From the NCBI GenBank assembly GCA_047967505.1, contig CM106538.1: DNA of 64,000 nucleotides. One strand, written 5' to 3'. The position numbers were made by a program, and so were the translations under genes. Source of the DNA: Dipteris shenzhenensis (taxonomy: Eukaryota). Positions 12,125 to 22,436 of this stretch are shown piece after piece. A model generated the notes under the pieces. That model searched no databases. It was not told where the DNA came from and saw only the letters and a program-made list of their open reading frames with translations. Position 1 is the stretch's first letter. The number at the start of each line of letters is the position of its first letter.

Positions 12125-12974
12125 GGAACTATAACTAGCTTGCTCTAATACCACATGTCGAAACCAGGGCACTACAGCTAAGCTAAGCTAGGAAGCAAGA
12201 GCAGCTATGCTAAACTAAGACAAAGCTATGGAGGCATAAAGACAAAGAAAGACATGATAAAGAAGCTAAACTACTCAGTCATAGACTCAAGTACAATTAG
12301 GTTACAAGATGGAAGCTTGTACTCATAGAGAGGCTTGGGAGCTTGCTGGATTGCTTTCCATTGATAGAGAATTCACTTATATAAAGTGAAGTACAAGATG
12401 CAAAGTCACCCAACTATATGGGATAATAGAAAAGTGCCACATGGCAACACACACACAAACTACTATAAAACTAGCACTCTAGGTGCCTATAGAAGAGGGA
12501 GTTCTTTGATATTCCCAACAATAGGTGGGGTTGAGGTACGATGACAAGGGATCAAGCATTGAGTCCCCAGGCTGAGTCCTAGACCCATGGATGTGTGCGA
12601 AGTGGGTGGTGGAGCTTGAACTCCACATCCTTCTAAAGCTGCAGCACCTGTCTTTTAAAAAAGTGCATATTCTTACAATGGGTGGGAGGGACAAGGATTG
12701 GCTAAATGGGTATCCATTTGCCAATCAATGGTGGAAGGCCAACTTAAAGATAGTTAGGATTTGTCTGTAACTTGAGAGAGAAACTAGGATGAAGGTGGAA
12801 AGGGGATGTGTAGTCCATTAACAGATGGTGTCCCATGATGGGATTTCAATTGACTCACGGCTTGAGCCAATGGGATCCCTTGATCCCGTTCTCATTGTTG
12901 ATTTGAAGATGCTAGGCGGCATAACAGATATGGTCCCAAATCCCATCTAGATCATAGTCTGTACTCTTAGATAC

Positions 12975-13445
12975 TAGGATCTGCAGTAGTTAGATCCTTC
13001 AACATCAACCATTACAAATCTTCTACATTTGTAAATGACAAGGTTAGATTTCTTGAAATCATTTGGGCAAACAAATTGCTTGTCCTTCACACGACATAGC
13101 GGGCATCTACCACAATTGTATCCAATGTGATGCCACTCAGAATCTCCCTTAGAACGTAGAGCGTCAAACTTGGTTACCCTTGTTGAACATGGTGAGGATC
13201 CAAGTGGCCGACAGACTAGATGTTCACCTAGCACACAAGGTCATCTATCTCCATAAAGCAATGCTCCAGCAGGACCACATTTGAGGTCATTCAAAGCTTG
13301 CTGGGCTAGGTCAAAGTCTATGTGTGTTTTATAGCAACACACTTTCTTGTCTTGAGTCTCTTGATATACCAGGGTTTACAAAGCTCAAACCTCCTTTGCC
13401 CAATCCTTATGTAAGGGCTCTCAACCATAAAGCATAGATATAGCT
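12975..13445 (-). pseudogene. Degenerate Cys-rich DNA-transposase fragment, possibly Sola2-like
   Basis: Broken translation IGQRRFELCKPWYIKRLKTRK/CCYKTHIDFDLAQQALN ... SEWHHIGYNCGRCPLCRV...CPND. It resembles the FxxLKP...CxCxxH...WHxxxCxxGxCxxC pattern; recognised from memory only. Confidence 0.4.
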
Positions 13446-13577
13446 CAAGTCTGCTCATCCAACAAATAATAAAAAATAAATTGAAAACCTATGCATAAGA
13501 CACAACCAACATGGTGTTTGCAGGCTGCAACCAGCATGGTGTTATTTCAACCATTGTGCACTATTTGCTTGCAAAAT

Positions 13578-13579
<2 letters not shown>

Positions 13580-13619
<40 letters not shown>
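13580..13619 (+). repeat. (TC)20 microsatellite
   Basis: Direct reading. Confidence 0.95.
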
Positions 13620-13621
<2 letters not shown>

Positions 13622-14904
13622 GTGCGCGCGGCATGGTAGCATGGCTCATAAATGAGCATAGTCTTTCAGTACAGGAATCCCCTATGGATTAGGAAAGCAG
13701 TGTGTTACAACTAGAGATCATACATACAATTGCGTGGCTCAGTCAAGGGATTCAATATGCCTTGTCTTTGCCAGAAGATGGCTGTAGCCATCTTTATTGC
13801 CTTGCAATCTAGGCAGCCAAGTCCAGCCTGGCAATGGAAGGGAAGTTTTGATCTGTTTGTTGGCCTCCTTGGTAGGCATCTAACTTGATATTATTGTTTA
13901 CAGCCTACAAGGGCTGGTCTCCACAGCACCCTACTGGATATCTGTTTTTTTGTATCTGATTTTTTCCTAAGATTAATATATTGGCTCTTTTTCGCCCCCA
14001 AAAGGTGACAACTGCCCATGAATTTGATAAAAAAGGTATCGATCCATGATGATGGTATTGCTTCATTTGATTTTATTAACTAGCGAACTATTCCTTTGCA
14101 GATCCCAAATTTCTGATTTTGTAAGTGCCATACCAATGCACTCTGAATCACGGGCTAATCTTTTGAAAAAACAAGTACCATGATAGGTGACTGGCTTTAA
14201 ATAGCCTCACAGGTTTTTGACCTTGTCAAGAAAAGTTCTGTTCACCTCATCATCCATAATTGATAACTGCCACATTTCAAAATTACGATGAGTCTTTTTT
14301 TTGGGAATCCACATGGTATGAAGGTCTAGAAAATTCTGCTATAGATTCTTTTGAGTGAGTATCATAGCATAATAAGACAAGAGGTCCCATTACTTTTATA
14401 GCTTTTTTAAAGGCTTACATTTTTTTCATATCCTCATGTGCAAATACTGAAATGTAGTTACTGTATATCTTTAAGGATGGCTGCATAATTATTTTTGGGT
14501 GGAAGTGCACATACAGGTTTGGCCTCTGTTAGGAGTACTTTCTTGTAATGTAGGACAGATAATTCTAGGAGAGTTTGCTTTCTGATGCCACTGCACATAG
14601 AATCGTACAATAGTAAATAGAACCTTACAATAGATGTGTGAGGCATATTACAGCAACCAAGTGGGTGATTTTTTATAGCATTTTATGAGCTTGCATAAAG
14701 CTTCTGCTGAGGTTCGCTCTGATAGGGCTTGCCTAGTGGGTTATTTGCGTCCAAATGGTATAATGATATTTCGTTTATATGCTCTGATGCATCATGTGTA
14801 AGCCGCATGTTGGTTTTGCATCTCTTGCATAAAAGTATTCAAAAGTGAAGTTTTAGTCAGAGAGACTTACTACATTCTCGTTAATGATGGTATACATGCT
14901 GCAG

Positions 14905-15005
14905 GATGGTCGTGTGAATACGTTTTATTCTACTCCATCTATATACACTGATGCAAAATTTGCAGCAAATGAAACATGGCCTTTGAAGCTCAATGACTTT
15001 TTCCC
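14905..15005 (+). CDS. alpha-mannosidase exon (DGRVNTFYSTPSIY...WPLKLNDFFP)
   Basis: tgcag| ... CC|gtaagt; YSTPSIY motif. Confidence 0.93.
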
Positions 15006-15105
15006 GTAAGTTTACCAAAAGAATTTGAGGTGTGTTTGTGGATTTTCCATTTTCATTATCCTGGTATGTATCCTTATGCCTTCAGAGCAAAATGTCACGC
15101 TTCAG

Positions 15106-15199
15106 GTATGCAGACTGTCCACATTGTTATTGGACAGGATACTTCACCAGTCGGCCAGCTCTAAAGAGTTATGTGCGAATGATGAGCAGCTATTATTTG
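15106..15199 (+). CDS. alpha-mannosidase exon (YADCPHCYWTGYFTSRPALKSYVR...YYL)
   Basis: ttcag| ... TTG|gtgag; YWTGYFTSRP motif. Confidence 0.94.
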
Positions 15200-15313
15200 G
15201 TGAGTTCTCTTACTTATTTTTGTGAGGACTTGAATATTTACATGCTGAGTTGGAGGCACTATTATCAAGGGCCCACATAATCCTTCATGTTTAAAAAATC
15301 ATTCCTTGGGTAG

Positions 15314-15481
15314 ACTGCCAGACAGCTAGAAGTTCTAGTGGGCAGAAAGGCATCTGGGCCAAATACAGACTCTCTGGGGGAAGCGATGGCTACAGCTCAA
15401 CATCATGATGCTGTCAGTGGGACAGAGAAACAACACACAGCCAATGATTATGCAAAACGTCTTGCTATTGGGGCTGCTGAG
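15314..15481 (+). CDS. alpha-mannosidase exon (TARQLE...[13 protein letters not shown]...GAAE)
   Basis: tag| ... GAG|gtaaa; QHHDA.SGT metal-binding motif. Confidence 0.94.
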
Positions 15482-16124
15482 GTAAAATATTTTATTTGAT
15501 TGTATTTATAGGCCTTTGGAATTGTAAAATTTGAATTGAAATTCAACAAAAGCAGTGTTTCAAAAGTAAATCTTCTCCTTTAATTCCACAAACATTCCTT
15601 TAAAAGCCCTGCTGACAGTGTTTCTAGGAAGCACTATTTCCATCCTTGAAAATTTTCTGGTCAAGTGCATAGACTAAAATTTAGTGTAACACTAGCATAG
15701 AGCAGCTCTTGACATCATGGGTGTGGGTCATGTTTCATTTAATTTCCAAGTCGTAAATCTCAATATCTCTAGGGTGTGTGGTTTATGGTAAGAGCATAAA
15801 AGGAATTTTCTCTCAATTAGTGCAGTCTAAATGCCCATTAAGCTTCATAATGGTAAGTGTAAAATCGAGGACCCTTCCAAGGACTTTGCAGAGGTTTCCA
15901 TAGGCACAAGTGCAAACCTCCTTTATTCTGCAACATATTTAATTTCTGTCACATCTAATAGTGCACTGTCTTCCAAGATTCGATCATATGTGTTCTCGCA
16001 GTTTGGCATATATGGACACATGTGCCAAGCCAAAGGTTGTTCAATTGGTAGAGTTGTTAACTCAGCTGCTTACGTTTTAGTTTCTCCACATTTAAGAATA
16101 AAACTAAATGATGGGGAAGTCAAA

Positions 16125-16511
16125 TTCATTTTCATGGGTGTAGCGCTGAAAGCAGGGGCTAGCTTTGAAATCCCATAGTTTTAAAAATTATCATTGGCCA
16201 AGATGTTGTGTTCAAAGAAAGTGAGAGCATGCAGTCAACTGGGTACATGACATGACACTCCGCTTGACATAGAGCTTAATGTCTGCCAGATATTTCGTCG
16301 CATGCATTTTTTTGGGATATAGCTAAAGCAAGGGCTAGCTTTGAAATCCCACAACTTAGAAGAGTCAGCCACGATGTTGTGCGCGAAGAGAGAGAGCAAG
16401 CATCCAAGTGGTTACATGAGCATGGCACTCCACTTGACATAGAGCTTGATGTTTTGCTAGATATTCAGCCATGTGCATTTTCATGGGATAGCTTGAAAGA
16501 AAGGGCTCCTT
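16125..16511 (+). repeat. Degenerate ~175-180 bp tandem repeat (2 copies plus a third split by a LINE, resuming ~20087)
   Basis: Recurring blocks gggctagctttgaaatccca, gatgttgtg and cttgacatagagctt; gctttgaaagttcccatag reappears after the LINE. Confidence 0.75.
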
Positions 16512-19500
16512 TTTTTTTCTCAAAAATATAACTTCATTAAGTATGAATGAAGACCGCAAGGGCAAGCTCTAATGCGGGAGTACATCATGCCATGCATGAG
16601 AAAAAACCAGCTCAAAACGAGCTAACAAAAATCCAAGGTGGAGGCTGAAAGTGCCACCTCAACTCTGAAAAAGAATCACAGAAGAAAGGAGATCCTCTCC
16701 AAACTCTGAAAAAAGTACCTCTCTTGGCAGTGGCTACTCTGGAGCATCCCCGCATGCTCTTCAGATGGCCACCAATGTGTGTATTGTATTAGTCCACATG
16801 CTGGCCATAGATTGGAAAGGGTGAACTTGGGGACCCTCCATCGCCTCCGTACATCTGGCCCTCCAAATATGCCAAGCTGCAATGCTAGCAAGAATCTCCC
16901 ATGATGTGTCCATCGAGGCATGAGTAGCTCTGAAAGGAGTGAAGGGAACATCTTGGAGAGAACAAGACTCCACAGAGTGTCGTCGTATAACGAAGGTTGC
17001 GTCTGAGTCATGTCCGTTGAAAAGCACATGAGGGCTAGTAAGAGATAACCATGCCACTGATCCCCAAGTCAGGAAGAAGGGTGCTCTATGAAATATGCTA
17101 AAAATCCTAGCAACACACTTCCAAATCATCCTCACCTATCCGCACTCCCCGAGGCAATGCTGAACTGACTCAATTGCTGCGTGGCATCGAGGACAAGTAG
17201 GGTCAGCCTTGAACCTGGATCTCCACGGGTTTTATTGCTATCCCTTTATGCATAAAAAGCCAAAAGAAGAGAGTGATCTTTCTATTCCTTAAGGATTTCG
17301 AGAGCTTCCTCCAAAAGTTTTTCTTCACCTCTGCAGAATCTAAAAACTATCCCAATGAGGAGCTCTGGAGGGCCTCCAAACTCTACTGCTAAGTTGAAAT
17401 CTCCTAGCATTTCTGACTATGTAATGAAAGAAGGGGATGCTCTTCTCTCAGTGCCCTTTATCAATCCACTCCCACTCCCCTGGGTCCCACTGCTTACCCG
17501 ACTTGGAATAATCCGTGACATCCAATTTGTGTTCTTGAATCATGATAATATCAATGGGCCCCCCAGTAACACCTGGATGAAGTTGGTTACGAATCAGCTG
17601 CCTACTGTGGCAATGGCGGTGAGGTACACCTAGGAGGCCCTAAATGTTCCTATTGACAATCCTCATGGGCGAGAGGAAGATGCTGGATGAAAAACCCTAC
17701 CCGACCTGGTAGCGATGGAGATATCCCTCTCCTGGAAAAAATTCTTCCTATCACGAGGAGGGAAGTCAACTAGGGAAAGCACTCCCACATCTGCAAAAGG
17801 GAAAGCTCTATCCATGGTGATCTGAACAAGGTGCTTCCCAAGGGTAGAGGGTACAAACTTCTCCTCTAACTCAAACTCTGCCATGTCTGCCAGAATTGCA
17901 AAAGAATTCTTGAATGATGCTTCTGGCGCGCAAGTGTGTGGAGGATCCTTGCGGATAATGGAGTAGAAGCGATAATCCCCATGCCTCTGTCAAGAGGTGA
18001 AGAAGTAGGAGCAAAAGAGAAAGGGGACTGTTGATGGAGCTCGGCCATAAAGTAGCATTAGCATGTAGTAAGGCATAGGCTTTAGCAACGGCTTGCTTCA
18101 TAGAAGAAAGCTCCTTCACATGAGCATTTGAAGGAATAGGAACACCCTCATCAGCACAAGGAACTAGGACAAGAATATCTCCTGCCTGTAAGGGAGGATC
18201 TGTGGCACCATCAGTAGCCTTGTGAGGCGGAATTGGCTCAACAACTCTGACTGGCACCCAACGAGGAAAGCACATTGAGGTGCATTATCACTATGTGCGG
18301 GAGAAGGTTTTACTAGGTCTTATTGATCTAGTTTATGTCAGCACAAAGGATTAGGTAGCTGACATATTCACGAAGGCATTGGGCGTCCAGAAGCTGCGCA
18401 AGTTCAGAGACCTGCTTGGTGTGTAGGAATTGGGATTGAGCTCAAGGGGGAGTGTTGAGATATCGAGCTCCACTGATGATATGCCAGGGTGACCGTTGTG
18501 CATTTATGTCACCGACTTGTTAGCTGCAGATGCGGTTGGTACACCGCCCATGAATAATCTGGAACAAAACGTGCTGAAGGTCTCGTTCGTGCTGTAAAAG
18601 AAGGTCTAGGGAGAGAGGGTGTAGCGGACGGTCTTGGGCGAGAGGTGGAAGGTCTAGCAGCGCGAGATGTGGTAGGATGTGCGGTAGATCTTGAAGTAGG
18701 TCCAACCGAGGTGATGCTATGAGGCGCTACACCCGTGGACCTTTTAGGCATTTTCTTTTTTCTCTTCCTTGGGCAATCTCTAGCAAAGTGCCCACGGGTT
18801 TTGCAAATCCTACACTGATTTTGTCTCCTAGTGATCTCACCTCTCTGCCCGAAGAATAAGCCATCCGAACATTGGAGCATGATGTGGTCATCTGTGATGT
18901 TAGGGTCGGGGACAATGACCCTAACACGTGGTACCCCGTCCGACCTGGCAGCCTTTGTTGCCGAAGAAGGCATCTCCGGGAAGGGGGGGGATGTCGGTGA
19001 CCATCCCGAAAGCGGCTCAAATGGAATATAAGAGTCGATGGTACACCTGAGGGAGGTCGGGGAATTTGAGGAAGAGTGAAATCGTCCGGCTATCCTCCTC
19101 CACAAGGTCGAAGCCCAACAAGAAGGGCATCAAGAAAATCCTCCTGGAGCTCAGAGCTAAGGGACTAGACTGAAGCACTGTAGCTACTGCGTCCGGGGAG
19201 TAAAAAACAACCTGGAAGAAACCTCAACCAAGCGGACGAACATTTGTGAGGTGCCTTGCTAGGTCTCCAGGTAAAGCGGATAGTATCCAATCCCTGGCCT
19301 GTAACTTGGAGGGGTGGGACCCATGGATGTGAGCAAAGAGTGATGTCAAACTCTCTTGCTCTGTATCTTTTCTGAATTGCTGCAACTCATCTTTTGAGAA
19401 TGTAACGGTTTTCATGGCCAGTGGAAGCGGGCGAGGATTGGCTGAAGGCTGAGCCATTGTCGATCGAGATGGGAAGGCCGACTCGAACACAATAAAGCTC

Positions 19501-20076
19501 CCTCCACTCTATATGCTGCTTGAGCGAGTAAGGGAAAGGGAGGGTAAGGCTAAAGAGATGAAGGGAGGGAGGAAGGGGCAGGGGTGAAAAGAAAGGGAGA
19601 GGGCGAAGAAGAGAATGAGGAGGAAGGAGGGGCTGAGGGGAAGAGGAGAAGGCAGCCGGGAGAAGAAGGAGAAGAATCCGGGGGAAGGGAAGGAGGAGGA
19701 ACCAGCCGGGGGCGGCAGGAAGAGGGAGAGGTGTGGAGAGGCTGCCGGGGGGCGGAGAGGCGGAAAAGCAGGCGGGGGGGGGGAGTTTGCTGGCGATGGT
19801 GGCAGGAGGGCTGCCAGCAGAGGTGGGGGAAGGGAGGGGCCAGGGGGAGGGTAGACAGGGTAGGGAGGAAGGGGAGGGTAGACGGGTTAGGGGGGAGATG
19901 GAGGGGACAGTTGGGGGTAGGAGAGGGGGAGGAGAGGCTGCAAGGGGGGAGAGGAGGAGGAGAGGGTAGGGGCTGAGAGGGAGGAGGGGAGGGGGGGGGG
20001 GGGTGGGCGCTTGCTGAGAGGGAGGGGGAGGGGCTGGCAGAGGAGGAGAGAGGGCAGCTAGAGGGGGAGGCAGCTC
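16512..20076 (-). mobile_element. L1-like LINE family A copy with both ends and ORF1, but EN/RT deleted
   Basis: Poly-T at ~16510; approximate 14-bp TSD agaaagggctcctt (16498-16511) / agaaacggctgctt (20077-20090); C-rich 5'UTR; ORF1 with CRICKTRGHFARDC; ORF2 start MRIVNRNI...IQEHKLD joins DPGEWEW near 17515; zf-RVT-like CPRCH region. Confidence 0.85.
18268..18530 (+). mobile_element. Short Copia fragment (RNaseH end, PPT, LTR start) embedded antisense in LINE ORF1
   Basis: KHIEVHYHYVREKV...VADIFTKALG; tcaagggggag then TGTTGAG at 18453. Confidence 0.85.
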
Positions 20077-21080
20077 AGAAACGGCTGCTTTGAAAGTTCC
20101 CATAGATTGCTAAATCCACCTTGTGAAGGAACATGGGCAACCATGTCACTTCAGGTACCCTAGGTACTCTCACTTACTCTGAGTACTTTAATCATTCCAT
20201 TGAGAGGGAATTGAAAGATGGAATGACCTTGCAGGATCTTGTAGGTTTGGACAACATCGTTTCACTTCTGGTTTTATCACCAAATTTTTTCCTTTTCTTT
20301 TTGTTGGGAGGTAAGGGGACATTTAGTGTGTGAGCTAACACTTGTAGTTTCATTTGTAATTCAGCTGAGCTGCTCATTGTGAAATGCAAGATTTTCACGC
20401 TTTCTTACTTAAACTTGCGCTTGTCTCCTTTCAATCATCTAATTCCTCTTCATGGAATGGATCAAATGAATACATGTTGGTTGTTTTCTGCAAAATTGGA
20501 CTTCGGCTGGTATTTTTGCTCTGTATCTTTTATCAATTAGTGTGCTTTAGTTTATGGTCAGTCAATGAGCTTGATGAATTGCTTGCTAGCCTTGAAGCTG
20601 GAGATTTCTACCGCATAAAGTGGATTGTGGGTTTCTAGAGCCCTTAAGAATGCCAAATTTATAAGGTAAGGATGGAGTTTGGTTCAAAATATCCTTTGTT
20701 AAGAGCACACGATTACATGATTGCAATAACTTCCTCTTCCTTAACAGTACAATGATTTGGTTGGTCTTCAAATGTACATAATGACTATATCTTGTTTCTT
20801 TTGCTAAACTCAAAATTTTACACAATTGCAAGGGCCACAGAGACCTAGCCTATCTTCTAGCTTCATTCGTGTCCTTGTTTTAGCACCTAATTAATGAATA
20901 AGAGAAAAAAAAGTCATAATCGAGTTTGTATCTCTTGTACTGTTTTCCAGATCTCCAGATATTTTAGGCACAATCTGATTTGTTCTGATTTATTTTCTAA
21001 CATAATTGTAGGTTTTCATGAGCTTTTGGTAGTGTTGCAAATTTTGAGCTTTTCTAATTCACCATTTTTGGACATTTTAG

Positions 21081-21170
21081 GCAGAGACTGTGATGAATTT
21101 TGCTTTTGGCTGTTTGGTTGAAACTACCAAAAGCAGCAGATGTGATAATACAAGTACAGTTTTCGAGCAG
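21081..21170 (+). CDS. alpha-mannosidase exon (AETVMNFAFGCLVE...TVFEQ)
   Basis: ttttag| ... CAG|gtatg; phase 0/0; length and content fit the linker between ...GAAE and CPLLN in plant GH38. Confidence 0.82.
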
Positions 21171-22436
21171 GTATGTGTAATAGGCATCCTGCCTTCTATG
21201 AGACTAGGGATATTTTTTCTTTTTGAACAAGCATTTGGACCTAATGAGAAGTGGTTGTGATGGACCTCACTGCGCTGTATGACAATAAGGAAAGAACTGT
21301 GACGTTTCTTGGCATATTATGGAAAAATAGTGAAAAGTAGACAAGTGGAGGGAGGTATTCAGGATGAAACCTTTAGTCCTAAGCAATTTCTTCGAATAAG
21401 TTGGGAACTATTATGCATGTGATATGACCTGAGCAACCGAAAAATAATACATTACAAGGACTGAGAGGGACTGAACATGGGGCCTGGGAAAAGGGAGGGA
21501 AGCAAGAACATGGAATGAGGTTGTTTTGACTGAAGCACATCCAGGAAAGGGGGCAGGGGGGCTGTGTCCTCAAGTCCATGACTTGCCCTCCTTTTGTCTT
21601 GCATGCGAGATGGAACCTCTTTCTCCGTCTTGAATTGGCTTCATATTGTTTCTTTCCTCCTGCATCACCCTGCCTGTGTGTCGAATCTTCCTCTGAATCA
21701 ATAGCTACCCCCTTTCTCCTGCTTGCTATAGAGAATTTTCTTCTTCCTTCCAAGACTGCACCCCCTCTTTCCTCCACTTCTTCCCCTATTAGCTCCCCCT
21801 CAGGACAAACCGCTCTTTGTGTATAGATTTCTCTTAGTACATCTATCCCCTCTCTTCCTAGTCCCCAGCTAGCTGCATAGTCCATCTCTGTTGCCTCTGC
21901 ATGATCTCCACCCCCTCCTTTTTTTGGCCCCAGCTGGCTGCAAGCTCTATCCCTGCCATCTCTCTTGTTGCCTCCACATTCTCTCTGCCACCTACTTGCA
22001 CATCTCTGCCCCCTCCTCCCTGTGCCCCCTTGCTGCCTGTACCCCCCCCCATTATTTTGGCACCTCCCTCTCATCACCCATGCATCCCTTTTTGTTCTTC
22101 CTTTTCCTTTCCTCCCACCCTGTGCCCTTCACCTCCTCCTCTCTGCCTTGCCCTGCTCCAGTTCCACCGTTGATGCTTTCCTCTTTTCCTTGTACCCCTA
22201 GTTACCTACTTCTTGATTGCTTTCTTTAGGAAAATCTGATCAAGCATTTACTGATGCTGTAGCACACATTCGTTCTCTTTTATTCCATTGGGGTTGAGAG
22301 TTTAGAGAAGATTCAATGGATGTTGGTTATTTATTGTGTAGATAATTCTTTGGCATCCAGTGGTGAAGGAGGACTGTATTTCTTCGAGTTTGGAGGGGTT
22401 CTCCCTTTTTCTCGGAGGTTGCTACCGGATTGAGAT

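Larger units (their letters stand above)
7493..12520 (-). mobile_element. Gag-only LTR retroelement 1 (TR-GAG-like), ~2.36 kb without its nested insert
   Basis: TG..CA LTRs at 7493-7859 and 12156-12520; TSD ATAGG (7488-7492, 12521-12525); Met-like PBS (rc tggtattagagc, ~12142-12153); PPT next to 7860; single gag ORF, no pol. Confidence 0.92.
4640..12830 (-). mobile_element. Old degenerate L1-like LINE (family A: ORF1 plus ORF2 pieces), split by the LTR element at 7493-12520
   Basis: ORF1 N-terminus FAHIHGS (12479..12724), ORF1 middle (7184..7468), knuckle CKIFGHHFVRDC (6935..7126), EN piece WSPSLGTRGG (~6240), post-RT IRNFLWCG (5471..5689). Ends approximate. Confidence 0.75.

Noticed and set aside
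17391-17425. Apparent shared truncation point or splice site (gcatttctgact) with the copy ending at 40164
   Set aside because: The 16.5-kb copy continues in ORF2 (homologous to 47560-47645), so the breakpoint is not shared
19387-20103. Pro-rich and Gly-rich ORFs (also 38537..39175 and 21379..22229)
   Set aside because: Low-complexity C/T-rich sequence, LINE 5'UTR-type at 19.5-20 kb and 38.7-39.2 kb; ORFs are compositional artefacts
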